DNA of 46,701 nt from Patescibacteria group bacterium (lineage in GTDB: Bacteria; Patescibacteriota; Minisyncoccia; Phycocordibacterales; GCA-2747955). The stretch lies in NCBI GenBank assembly GCA_048538215.1, contig JBLYPV010000001.1, forward strand, positions 205,495 to 252,195, in the 5' to 3' direction. The number at the start of each line of letters is the position of its first letter. The stretch's first letter is position 1. Made by a program: the position numbers and the translations under genes. Below the pieces are notes generated by a model. It made no database searches, was not told the DNA's origin, and was given only the letters and a program-made list of their open reading frames with translations. Shown piece by piece: positions 1 through 9,230 of this stretch.

Positions 1-156
1 ATTTTTTACCTGACGAGCTCTATGGTATCCCGCATTAGGATTTACAAATATATTACGCCAATAGGGACGCATAGCTTTTAATACCTGCTTGTGTACAGGA
101 GTAGCTGCGGCATAATCAGCATATACCCTGCTTTTGAGAGAAATAATAGACCACAT
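1..156 (-). CDS. cysteine desulfurase / class V aminotransferase, N-terminal fragment (gene runs off the window)
   Basis: Hand translation of the minus strand from the ATG at 154-156 gives MWSIISLKSRVYADYAAATPVHKQVLKAMRPYWRNIFVNPNAGYHRARQVKN. The YxDYAAxTPV...FxNPxxxH pattern matches the NifS/IscS/SufS N-terminus. Absent from the ORF track because it is under 60 aa. TGCTATAAT lies 9 nt upstream. Confidence 0.55.
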   Translation of the reverse strand, partial: MWSIISLKSRVYADYAAATPVHKQVLKAMRPYWRNIFVNPNAGYHRARQVKN

Positions 157-222
157 AGTATAAGCATTATAGCAAAGAGCTGTGAATATTCGATAAATAA
201 ACCGTGCTATACTATTTGAATT

Positions 223-690
223 ATGAATGATACGACTATAATGATTGAATTATTTTCTTACCAATTAAGCCTAATACATATCATTGCTTTCTTATGCATT
301 GGATTACTTATTAATTTTACATTATTGATTTTTATTATTTCTCTTCTTAAAAGAAAAGATCGCTCAACAGACATTAATTCAAAAAAATTAGCCGACGGGG
401 CCCTCTCACGAAGCACCCAAGAGACTATAGACAATCTTGCCTCTCAATTGCCCCAAAGCGCCATCATCCGCTACAACCCATTCCGTGATAGCGGTGTGGG
501 TGGTAAACAGTCTTTTTCGCTTGCCTTGATTAATAGTAATGGGGATGGGGTAATAATCAGTCAATTATTCTCTCGAGAATTTTCTCGTGTATCAGCAAAA
601 GAAATTACATTATGGAATAGTGATTTAGAGCTCTCGCCTGAAGAAAAAGAAGTTCTTAAACAAGTACAAAAGAAAAAAGCTACTAATTAA
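223..690 (+). CDS. DUF4446-like membrane protein
   Basis: N-terminal TM helix followed by RYNPFRDSGVGGKQSFSLALINSNGDGVIISQLFSRE, which resembles the DUF4446 core. TGCTATACT lies 9 nt upstream of the ATG. Confidence 0.5.
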   Translation: MNDTTIMIELFSYQLSLIHIIAFLCIGLLINFTLLIFIISLLKRKDRSTDINSKKLADGALSRSTQETIDNLASQLPQSAIIRYNPFRDSGVGGKQSFSLALINSNGDGVIISQLFSREFSRVSAKEITLWNSDLELSPEEKEVLKQVQKKKATN

Positions 691-1006
691 TCGTATCAAT
701 TGCATCAATTGCTCGGCGATTTTTCTCTCCTAAATCTATCTGAAAATCCACAAGTGGAATTCGTCTAAAACGACGACTCGTCAAAAAAGCACGAAACTCT
801 GATCGCTTACGCTGTAAAAAGCTTAGGGCTTCTTCCTCTTGTGTTTCTGGTAAGACGGTAAAGTACACTACTGCTTTCTTCATATCCGGCGAGAGCTCCA
901 CCCTTGTAGGAGTAATGAGTGCATTACGATTTGCTTCACGTGCAATAAATTCACCAGCTTGTACTCTAATCTCCCGTGCCTTTGTATCTCCTCGTTCTTT
1001 ACTCAT
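683..1006 (-). CDS. rbfA: ribosome-binding factor A
   Basis: 107 aa, starts 1 nt after the infB stop (conserved infB-rbfA order). Core ITPTRVELSPDMKKAVVYFTVL is RbfA-like. Confidence 0.75.
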   Translation of the reverse strand: MSKERGDTKAREIRVQAGEFIAREANRNALITPTRVELSPDMKKAVVYFTVLPETQEEEALSFLQRKRSEFRAFLTSRRFRRIPLVDFQIDLGEKNRRAIDAIDTIN

Positions 1007-1007
1007 A

Positions 1008-2513
1008 TTATTCCTCCACTATGGTGATGCTTTGCATATCATCACCCTCAGCAATTTCAAATTTAGTATCAATGCGCATACCGAATTCATCGGGCGCTTC
1101 TACTTGCCTTGCCTCTTGTTTCCCCCGCTGTAATTCACGAATGATAGCCGTGCCTACCTGATGGCCCCTGCGAATAATTTTCATTTTATCTCCCAAAGCG
1201 ATAGCCCCTTCACTCACCCGACCCCCAACTACACCGCCCTTATTTGACCAAGAAAAAATACGGACAATGCGGACTGTTCCAGTTATCTGCTCTACGCGCA
1301 CTCGCGGTCGTCGTGTCTCTAGAATATTCTCTAGATACTCACTCAATTCATAAATAATATCGAAGCTCTTAGCAGTCATATTATGTATTTGTATGCTGTC
1401 TTGAGCAGACTTTGAAATCCCCACATTAAAACCAACAAAGACAGCTTGGCTATCAGCTCCAGCTTTTTTCACATCAGCCTCTGAGATTTCTCCCACACCA
1501 TCATCGATAATCTTAAAATATGCTGTTTGGCTTGTGATAGATGCTACTTGATATTTGATAGCATCTATTGATCCTTGTACATCCGCTTTGATAACAAGAG
1601 GTATGGCTACCTTCCCTCCTATATCCGTATCGCTAATTTCTATCTCTTGCTCTTCTGAAAGTTCATCAAGCTCATTAAGAAATTTCTGTGCCTCTTTTTT
1701 ATTCTCAAAAACATTAAAATCCAATCCGGGCTCAGGTAATGTATCAAAGCCAATAATGCGAACTGGCTTTGAGAATGATGCTTCTTGTATAGATGTTCCA
1801 GTAAAATCCTCCATAATACGTACAGGCGCCATTGCCCTCCCCGCCAATACTACTTGGCCATTTCTCATACTTCCATTCTTAATAATACAGGTAGCTTGAA
1901 TTCCTTTTTTTGCATCAAGTGAAGATTCCAAAATGTATCCACTTGCTCGAATATTACGATCTCCCGAAAGCTCCTCAAGATCTGCTGTCAATAATACCGT
2001 ATCAAGTAATTCACCAATACCTTCGCCTGTTTGTGCAGAAATTGCTGTATATGGCACATCGCCACCTCTCCCTTCTACAAAAATGCTATGTTCAAGCATT
2101 GAATTGAGTGTCCGTTCAACATCAGCATTATTCTTATCTATTTTATTAATAGCGACAACAAAAGGAATACCCGAATCCTTAATGAATTGATAAGCACTAA
2201 GCGTCTGGTCTTGTACCCCATCATCTGCAGCTATCACCAAAATAGCAATATCAGCGATTGCTGCACCACGCTCTCTGGTGGCGCTAAAAGCGGCGTGTCC
2301 TGGAGTATCTAGAAATGTAATTTTTCGTCCATTATGCTCTGCTTCGTAGGCGGATATATGTTGCGTGATGCCCCCTACCTCTCCTTGTGCCACTTTCGAT
2401 TGTCTTACAAAATCGAGCAAAGTAGATTTACCATGATCAATGTGCCCCATAATAGCCACCACTGGGTCTCTCGTTTCAATCTGAGGAGTATTTGTTTGCT
2501 TTTTTTTCGCCAT
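1008..2513 (-). CDS. infB: translation initiation factor IF-2 (short form)
   Basis: GTPase motifs GHIDHGKST, DTPGH and NKID. Start placed at MAKKKQ (ATG 2511-2513) because TGATATACT lies 11 nt upstream. The ORF-track extension to 2534 is probably not translated. Confidence 0.9.
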   Translation of the reverse strand: MAKKKQTNTPQIETRDPVVAIMGHIDHGKSTLLDFVRQSKVAQGEVGGITQHISAYEAEHNGRKITFLDTPGHAAFSATRERGAAIADIAILVIAADDGVQDQTLSAYQFIKDSGIPFVVAINKIDKNNADVERTLNSMLEHSIFVEGRGGDVPYTAISAQTGEGIGELLDTVLLTADLEELSGDRNIRASGYILESSLDAKKGIQATCIIKNGSMRNGQVVLAGRAMAPVRIMEDFTGTSIQEASFSKPVRIIGFDTLPEPGLDFNVFENKKEAQKFLNELDELSEEQEIEISDTDIGGKVAIPLVIKADVQGSIDAIKYQVASITSQTAYFKIIDDGVGEISEADVKKAGADSQAVFVGFNVGISKSAQDSIQIHNMTAKSFDIIYELSEYLENILETRRPRVRVEQITGTVRIVRIFSWSNKGGVVGGRVSEGAIALGDKMKIIRRGHQVGTAIIRELQRGKQEARQVEAPDEFGMRIDTKFEIAEGDDMQSITIVEE

Positions 2514-2636
2514 AAACTTGCACCAGTATATCAAAGATGAACAAAATCACCACTTGTAAAAATATTTTGTCAATCTTTGTATTTTCTGCCTTCACACGAT
2601 ACAATAGCTATATTACTTATATAATAGATAAAAATT

Positions 2637-3347
2637 ATGAGCGATAAATTAATTATCCCTGGATCAATCATTATTGCTGGCGTCATTATTGGAATAGCCG
2701 TCTATCTAAGCGGTGGCTCACAAAGCCCATCCCCAGATACTGACAACAACCAACAAGTTTCTCAAGCGAGCAACATACGAATAGTAGACAGTAAGCGAGA
2801 TCGTATCTCAGGTAATCCTAAGGCTTCATTGTTTATCATTGAGTATTCTGATTTAGAGTGTCCATTCTGTAAGCGCTATCATGATAAAGTACTTCCTCAG
2901 CTTAAAGAAACTTATGCCGACAGTGGAGATGTTGCTTTTGTCTTTCGTCATTTTCCACTCGATGAACCATACACTCGCCCACTTCACCCTACCGCCACTG
3001 AAGAAGCTATTGCTTCAGAGTGTGTCGCTCACCTAGGTGGCAATGATGCTTTCTTCAGCTTTATAGATAGTATTTTTGCCACGACAGCATCAGATGGACA
3101 ATATGATCTATCCACGCTCCCTAATTTGGCTGCCCAGGCCGGGGTTGATCGTGCTTCATTCACTACTTGCTTCGAAAATAAAGATACAGAAGGGCTTGTA
3201 TCAGAAGATTTCCAAAACGGAGTAAGTGCCGGAGTACAGGGCACTCCCACCATCTTTATCCAAACAGCAGAAGGTAAGACTTACCAGGCTGTGGCCGACT
3301 ACAATGCACTTAGGGTAGCTATTGATGCCTACCTTAGTGATAAGTAA
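2637..3347 (+). CDS. membrane-anchored DsbA-family thiol:disulfide oxidoreductase
   Basis: N-terminal TM helix, thioredoxin-fold CPFC active site, DsbA-like C-terminal part (GTPTIFI). Confidence 0.75.
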   Translation: MSDKLIIPGSIIIAGVIIGIAVYLSGGSQSPSPDTDNNQQVSQASNIRIVDSKRDRISGNPKASLFIIEYSDLECPFCKRYHDKVLPQLKETYADSGDVAFVFRHFPLDEPYTRPLHPTATEEAIASECVAHLGGNDAFFSFIDSIFATTASDGQYDLSTLPNLAAQAGVDRASFTTCFENKDTEGLVSEDFQNGVSAGVQGTPTIFIQTAEGKTYQAVADYNALRVAIDAYLSDK

Positions 3348-3365
3348 GACGTATCCAATTAAGCT

Positions 3366-3400
3366 ATATAAAAATCTCGTCTTAGACGAGATTTTTATAT
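3366..3400. terminator. bidirectional rho-independent terminator between convergent genes
   Basis: Perfect 16-bp stem atataaaaatctcgtc / gacgagatttttatat with a 3-nt loop, A/T runs on both sides. Overlaps the helicase stop codon. Confidence 0.8.
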
Positions 3401-6400
3401 TTCCAACCTGTCTAGTAGGCGACAGGCATCACACTCTTTCTTTGCGCATCGTTGATCCAAAAAGCTTGCTCCAGCTCGAATGGCCTTATCCATTTCTTGT
3501 ATTTCATCTATAAGTCGTGCTCTATCTTCAGCATTCGGCTCTAGACTGTGCTGTTCGTATTGCTTGGTATCAGGATGTGGCTCTACAAAGTCTAAAACTC
3601 CTCTTTTCATATTAAAATAGCCTTTACGATAATATGAAAGTAGGAGTGAGTAAAAAACAATTTGTCGGTCAAGGGCTACTTTTTCTTCCTGCTTCTTTTT
3701 ACTATACGGCTTTCCTGTTTTATAATCGACAACTTGTATACAAGACTCATCCCGCTCGTTATACTCGACCTTATCAAGGACTCCCGTAAGAGTGACCTCA
3801 CCTCCTTCGGCTAGAGCTAATACGATCCCATTGATTCGTAATTCAGTAATGATGTGATGAGTCCACTTTGTATGGTATTCATCATAATATCCCTCGAGAC
3901 TAGACTTGGCACGTGATTCCATATCTTTTCTGTCGGTCTCATCCAGGTATTGCCCATCAATAGCTTGATTAAAACGATCAAGTAGTTCTTTTTTACTTAG
4001 TATCTTGCCCGCCTCCCCAGAAGCACTAAAAAATTCCTCCAGTGCCTTATGAATAAGCGACCCATAGAGCAATGTCCGCGAGTAGGAAGTTGGAATTTGC
4101 AACAAATTATTTATAAAGTAGCGTGCTCGACAAGTAAAAAAATTGTTTAATGCGGTAACAGACAGTGGACGACGACTATATATTTCCCTAATTATGTCAT
4201 CATCTAAAATACTTACTGAACGATAAATTTCATTACACGCTCGGTATTTTTCTCCAAGTGGTGTGTGCTCTAAATGCTCCTCCCACTTCATCACCTCACC
4301 ATCAATTTCATATAAAAATCTTGATGGCGTTTGTTCTTTTTCTCCAGCTGACCGACTAAAAGATATACTACAATTATTTTTTGCTCGGGTAATTCCTACA
4401 TAAAGTAGTCGACGCTCATCATCATCCTCACCTGAAGTACCTCCCACTGGTAAGGTAAATTGTTTACGAACGGCCTTGTTCCCCCAAGTCTTATCAACAA
4501 CATTTGTGATGTATACATTGGAAAATTCTAGGCCCTTAGCCTTATGGGCCGTAAGCAAACGTACACCGTCTTGATAATCACCACCCTGGGAATCAAGGGG
4601 TATATTATATTCCGAAAGAGTAGTAAATTGCTCGAGCACCATTGCTAAATCAAGCCTCGGATTCGCTTCCTGAAGACTCCTGAGATATTGATATAAGCGA
4701 TCATAGTAGCGCAATTGATTGTATGAATCAGTACTAGAGAGTAGGCGTGGTAGGATTGCTGTTTGCTCTACGAGGTCGTCAAAAGCCCGAAGGAATTGAT
4801 TACTAGCAAAGCTTGTAATAGCCAAATTGAGAACTTCTGCAATAGAAATGTAGGTATCTGCATCATCTACTCCTATCTCTTTTAGGAGCTTCTTGTCTTG
4901 AATCACTCGATATAGATGCTTAGTGCCTGTTAATCGATTGCGCTTATTAGAGCGAAAGCGTTCAACAATTTTTACAACATCATAGCCTTTTGTTTTAAAA
5001 ACATCGCTATACAAGAGCGTGGCCAGTTTGTTGTTATCACTGATGTTTGCTACTACCTCAAGTAAAAGAATAATTTTAGCAACTATAGGCGTGTCGAGTA
5101 TATTTTCTTTGGCCAATACTACCGAAGAGAGCTCGTGTTGGGCTAATACTTTTTGAATATGATCTACCTGCTTATTTTCACGATATAAGATTGCCATATC
5201 AGAAAGTGGCATACCTGATGTATGCTTGGCTTGAATATCACTGGCAATCCAATGTAGCTCATCTGAATAATCAATAAATTCATGACAGCTAATATTTGCT
5301 TCTGATTTTTGAGATAGAAGTGACTCGTGTATACGCCCTGTATCATCAGCTGATATAAGACTATGAGCTGCATCCAGCACATCCTGACCTGAGCGATAAT
5401 TCTCTTTAAGATTAATTATTTTTACATCATTAAATTGACTCTCAAAAGCGAGAAAATTCTTAAGTGAAGCTCCTTGAAATCGATAGATGGCTTGCTTATC
5501 ATCTCCCACGGTAAATAAATTGGGACGCCCATCAAGGTGGGGCGCATTTGTAAGTCGGCTAATTATGGCATTTTGTGCCTCATTGGTATCCTGATGTTCA
5601 TCTACCAAAAGATATTGAAATTGTTCTTGTAATTCGTAAGCAAAATCTTCATTTTTATCAATAGCAGTAATGAGCTCGAGAATCATATCATTGAAATCGT
5701 ATCGGTCTTGTTCTCTTAGCGCATTCGCATATGCAGTATAAATAATACCAAGCTCTTTATTTTTATCATATTTTTTTAGAGCATCTGGTCGTAAATCACC
5801 TTTTTTGTACTGCTTAGTGGCTCGTTTGTAGTATGAATCTTCACTTGAAAGTAAATCTTTTTTGAATTGCTCATTCCATTCAATAAAGCTTTCTGCTGTA
5901 TAATTATCGCGTTTGAGCTCATCTATCGCTTGAATTGTTGGACCTACATACAAATGTGGGGCACCAAATGGTCGCAGTAGCTCTAGATCACTGTCACGAA
6001 TAATCTCTTCTATTAAAGCAAATCGCTCTGTGTCTGTGAGAGCTTTGGATAATAGTATATTTGTAAAATATTCACGATAATGAGTAATAATGTACTCAGC
6101 AAAAGAGTGAAAAGTAAAAATGTGTACCTCGTAGGCAGCCGAGCCGATTATACTCGCCAGGCGTTCACGCATTGCACGCACCCCTGCATTAGTAAAGGTA
6201 AGTGCCAAAATGTGTGGCGCCATATCAGCCCCTTGCAAACGAAGAATGTTGGCAATGCGTAGAGTGAGAATCTGAGTCTTTCCAGTGCCTGGACCAGCAT
6301 TGACGACAACTGGGCCTTCAATAGCATCTACCGCCTCTTTTTGTGCTGGATTAAGATGACTATATAATTCATCGAATTTGGATTCGTCTACATATTGAGA

Positions 6401-6409
6401 GGATGACAT
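3395..6409 (-). CDS. UvrD/PcrA-family DNA helicase fused to a C-terminal PD-(D/E)XK (RecB/AddB/Cas4-like) nuclease domain with a Cys cluster
   Basis: Walker A GPGTGKT, motifs DEHQDTN, GDDKQAIYRFQGA, ENYRS, TAHKAKGLEF, VGITRAK. C-terminal about 250 aa carries VDYKTGK. Four Cys: FFTCRARY plus CAKKECDAC. Confidence 0.8.
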   Translation of the reverse strand: MSSSQYVDESKFDELYSHLNPAQKEAVDAIEGPVVVNAGPGTGKTQILTLRIANILRLQGADMAPHILALTFTNAGVRAMRERLASIIGSAAYEVHIFTFHSFAEYIITHYREYFTNILLSKALTDTERFALIEEIIRDSDLELLRPFGAPHLYVGPTIQAIDELKRDNYTAESFIEWNEQFKKDLLSSEDSYYKRATKQYKKGDLRPDALKKYDKNKELGIIYTAYANALREQDRYDFNDMILELITAIDKNEDFAYELQEQFQYLLVDEHQDTNEAQNAIISRLTNAPHLDGRPNLFTVGDDKQAIYRFQGASLKNFLAFESQFNDVKIINLKENYRSGQDVLDAAHSLISADDTGRIHESLLSQKSEANISCHEFIDYSDELHWIASDIQAKHTSGMPLSDMAILYRENKQVDHIQKVLAQHELSSVVLAKENILDTPIVAKIILLLEVVANISDNNKLATLLYSDVFKTKGYDVVKIVERFRSNKRNRLTGTKHLYRVIQDKKLLKEIGVDDADTYISIAEVLNLAITSFASNQFLRAFDDLVEQTAILPRLLSSTDSYNQLRYYDRLYQYLRSLQEANPRLDLAMVLEQFTTLSEYNIPLDSQGGDYQDGVRLLTAHKAKGLEFSNVYITNVVDKTWGNKAVRKQFTLPVGGTSGEDDDERRLLYVGITRAKNNCSISFSRSAGEKEQTPSRFLYEIDGEVMKWEEHLEHTPLGEKYRACNEIYRSVSILDDDIIREIYSRRPLSVTALNNFFTCRARYFINNLLQIPTSYSRTLLYGSLIHKALEEFFSASGEAGKILSKKELLDRFNQAIDGQYLDETDRKDMESRAKSSLEGYYDEYHTKWTHHIITELRINGIVLALAEGGEVTLTGVLDKVEYNERDESCIQVVDYKTGKPYSKKKQEEKVALDRQIVFYSLLLSYYRKGYFNMKRGVLDFVEPHPDTKQYEQHSLEPNAEDRARLIDEIQEMDKAIRAGASFLDQRCAKKECDACRLLDRLEI

Positions 6410-6424
6410 ATACGCATTATAGCA
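6410..6424 (-). promoter_or_regulatory. extended -10 promoter giving a leaderless helicase mRNA
   Basis: Minus strand reads TGCTATAAT-GCGTAT-ATG, with 6 nt between the -10 box and the start codon. No purine-rich SD. Confidence 0.6.
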
Positions 6425-6486
6425 AACTTGGCTACCTCAAACGGTGCTCGCTTTTCAACACACATTCATAAGCGCAATAATTATAT

Positions 6487-7026
6487 TTACTGAATATATC
6501 CAAGTATCTGTGCTACCACCTCTTGTGGTGATATATGAGTAGTATCAATTATGTAATCAAAATGTTCATCTGCATTCCACTCTTTAATTCCATACAAACT
6601 ATCATAACGACTATAAGTAGCTTCACGATCTAGCGTCTTTTTTTTAGTTGTTTCAAAATCTGCTTGGGTATGTGCAATTCTACTATCACTTGTATCCTCC
6701 GCAATGCGCCTTATCCTTTCATCAAGATCACATACAAGCTTTATTTTTATGGCATCTGGTACAAAATACCAACCAAGCCGTGACTCAAGGACAAAATTAT
6801 CATTACTTGCTCCGTATTCTTGCTGTCTTGTATCCAATTTTTTATCAAATGACTCATCTCCTCCATTTACAAATGCATCAAACTCTTCTACGCTCATCCC
6901 CTGCTCTTCTGCCATTTGACGAAATATTCCTCCTCCTGACATATTTTGATAGCCCAAATGATTAGCTAAAAGTTTTGCTACAGTAGACTTTCCAGTGCCA
7001 GCTAATCCAGATATTGTAATTTTCAT
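6487..7026 (-). CDS. cmk: short (archaeal-type) cytidylate kinase-like nucleotide kinase
   Basis: MKITISGLAGTGKSTVAKLLANHLGY P-loop start. 179 aa length and layout resemble COG1102-type CMP kinase. Confidence 0.6.
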   Translation of the reverse strand: MKITISGLAGTGKSTVAKLLANHLGYQNMSGGGIFRQMAEEQGMSVEEFDAFVNGGDESFDKKLDTRQQEYGASNDNFVLESRLGWYFVPDAIKIKLVCDLDERIRRIAEDTSDSRIAHTQADFETTKKKTLDREATYSRYDSLYGIKEWNADEHFDYIIDTTHISPQEVVAQILGYIQ

Positions 7027-7041
7027 AGAGGCATTATACCA
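7027..7041 (-). promoter_or_regulatory. extended -10 promoter giving a leaderless cmk mRNA
   Basis: Minus strand reads TGGTATAAT-GCCTCT-ATG. Confidence 0.6.
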
Positions 7042-7137
7042 AACTACCTTATGGCTATACTACATTCCCAGACATCGGGTGTCTGGGTTTTCCACATCTA
7101 TTGAAAAATCTTTAAAATTTGCTAAGATAAGCCCATT

Positions 7138-7362
7138 ATGGAAATTGGTTCAATTCTTCCTACTATCCAAATTATTATCTCACTATTAATTTTGCCAGCA
7201 GTTTTACTACAGCAAAATGCATCTAGTATTGGGGTACTCGGTGGAGGTAGTGATGATTCTGTCACAAAGACTCGCAGGGGAAGCGAAAAATTCCTACTTC
7301 AAGCAACAATTATCTTGGGGATTCTTTTCGCTGGGACGGCCTTACTTGCTATCTTCATATAA
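7138..7362 (+). CDS. secG: preprotein translocase subunit SecG
   Basis: 74 aa with two TM helices flanking a Gly-rich loop (LLQQNASSIGVLGGGSD), the typical SecG layout. Confidence 0.7.
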   Translation: MEIGSILPTIQIIISLLILPAVLLQQNASSIGVLGGGSDDSVTKTRRGSEKFLLQATIILGILFAGTALLAIFI

Positions 7363-7429
7363 GACAGAATATTGAATTTGTTTTACCCATAACCAGTTTT
7401 CCTGGTAATATTCACCTAGCATTACACTT

Positions 7430-9142
7430 ATGAATCTTCAATCTGCCCTTCTACGGCTTACACGATTCGGGCAATCAAAAATTATTAGCAATAATTATCG
7501 TACTATTGCCCTTATTTTTTTGCTGATAATAGTAAGCTTTGGTATACGATTTGCTGCTCCTTACTATTTAGAAGAAGTACCCAGCCATGGCGGAAGCTTT
7601 ACTGAGGGTATGGTAGGCTATCCTCGCTTTGTTAATCCAGTATTGGCTCTCTCGCAAACTGACAAGGATCTTACTCGACTTATATACAGTGGCTTGTTTC
7701 GCTATAATTCTGAAAAAATGGTTGTCCCTGACCTAGCGCAATCATACGAAGTAAATGATGATGCCACCGAATATACCATATTACTTCGTGCTGATAACGC
7801 ATTTCATAATGGAAGCGCTGTCACTACCGAAGATGTTGCCTATACCCTTTCTTTAATTCGTGACCCCCTCATTAAAAGCCCACTTTTCCCTCGATTTCAG
7901 GGGGTAAGCTGGATAATAGAAGATGCCCGTACTATTCGTTTCAATCTTAGTACACCTGATCCGAATTTTCTTGACACCCTTACTGTTGGAATCTTGAGCA
8001 AGGATCAATGGGCTAGTATCTCTCTTGAGGAGTTCCCTTTTGCCTTGGCTAATATTAATCCTATCGGATCTGGACCTTATGCTATTCGTAAGATTAACCG
8101 TGATAGTAATCAGCGAATTCAATCGTATATTCTTAAATCATCTACTAATTATCATACACTTCCATATATCAATGAGATAGAAATTATTTTTTATCCAAAT
8201 CAGGATGCTGTTCTTGCAGCTTTTGAATCTGATCTAATCGACAATCTTGCAAATATTAGCCCCCAAGAGCTACTCAGACTCGACCGAGCTCTTACAAGTA
8301 AGAATATCCAGAGCTTCCCTCTGCGTCGAAGCTTTAATATCTTTATTAATATGCAGGATAATCCACTCCTAGCAGAGCTCGAGATACGTAAAATAATTCG
8401 ACAGAGTATCAATAAAAAAGCAATCATAGATGGGGTTTTACTTTCACGTGCAGATATCGCCACTGGTCCCCTTCCACTAAATCATCCAGATTACTTACCA
8501 ACAACAGATAATCAAAATCGTGATACTTATACATCTGAAAAAATAGAAAAAGTATTCACCAAGCTTGGCTATACTAAAAATGACGATGGCTTCTACCAAA
8601 ATGCATCCTCTAGCTTACTTACCCTATCACTTCATACTCCGGAATCAGCGGAGCTTGAGGCCGTGGCAAAAATGGTAGCACAAGACTTGGCAAAGATTGG
8701 TATCAAGGTGGAAGTAATAGCCACCCCATCAAATCAGATTATCAATGATGTAGTACGAACACGTAATTTTGATCTTTTGCTTTTTGGACAGCTGGTCAAT
8801 GATGCTAATTCCCTATACTCATTCTGGCACTCAAGCCAAATAGGTGATCCAGGTATCAATATTGCGGGGTTTGCAAATAGCACAGTAGATGCTATCCTTG
8901 AACGACTCATCGATCCCTCTCTCGACCAAAAACAACGCACTACCGACAATCACCACCTCCAAGAAATTATTCGAGATGAGGTAGCAGCTATCTTTGTGTA
9001 TCACCCTCATTTTATTTATGCCACCAAGGGCAAAATAAAAAATAGTACGATAGACAATCTAGATTTTGCATGGGATCGCTTCAACAGTGTGACTAATTGG
9101 TATATTCATACGGAGTCCTTGCTCCCTTGGTTTATACCTTAG
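7430..9142 (+). CDS. ABC-transporter family-5 (peptide/nickel, OppA-like) substrate-binding protein, N-terminally anchored
   Basis: 570 aa with an N-terminal TM helix. Overall length and segments such as YPRFVNPVLA and GSGPY resemble SBP_bac_5 proteins. Confidence 0.6.
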   Translation: MNLQSALLRLTRFGQSKIISNNYRTIALIFLLIIVSFGIRFAAPYYLEEVPSHGGSFTEGMVGYPRFVNPVLALSQTDKDLTRLIYSGLFRYNSEKMVVPDLAQSYEVNDDATEYTILLRADNAFHNGSAVTTEDVAYTLSLIRDPLIKSPLFPRFQGVSWIIEDARTIRFNLSTPDPNFLDTLTVGILSKDQWASISLEEFPFALANINPIGSGPYAIRKINRDSNQRIQSYILKSSTNYHTLPYINEIEIIFYPNQDAVLAAFESDLIDNLANISPQELLRLDRALTSKNIQSFPLRRSFNIFINMQDNPLLAELEIRKIIRQSINKKAIIDGVLLSRADIATGPLPLNHPDYLPTTDNQNRDTYTSEKIEKVFTKLGYTKNDDGFYQNASSSLLTLSLHTPESAELEAVAKMVAQDLAKIGIKVEVIATPSNQIINDVVRTRNFDLLLFGQLVNDANSLYSFWHSSQIGDPGINIAGFANSTVDAILERLIDPSLDQKQRTTDNHHLQEIIRDEVAAIFVYHPHFIYATKGKIKNSTIDNLDFAWDRFNSVTNWYIHTESLLPWFIP

Positions 9143-9230
9143 TAATGAAGATATGTTTGTAAATACAAGCCCCTATAGGTTTGCATTTGCAAAGATGCAA
9201 TATTCAATTAAATACTAGTAATAAACGTAT

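Noticed and set aside
1007-1020. GGAGGAATAAT immediately upstream of the rbfA ATG looks like a Shine-Dalgarno sequence
   Set aside because: It is the last codons of infB (GTG GAG GAA TAA), so it may be coincidental. It is kept only as a caveat to the no-anti-SD observation, not as a regulatory call.
9160-9215. Two similar short palindromes, TTGTA-aa-TACAA and TTGCA-tt-TGCAA, upstream of rnj
   Set aside because: 5-bp arms in AT-rich intergenic DNA are expected by chance. There is no repeat of the motif elsewhere in the window to support an operator.
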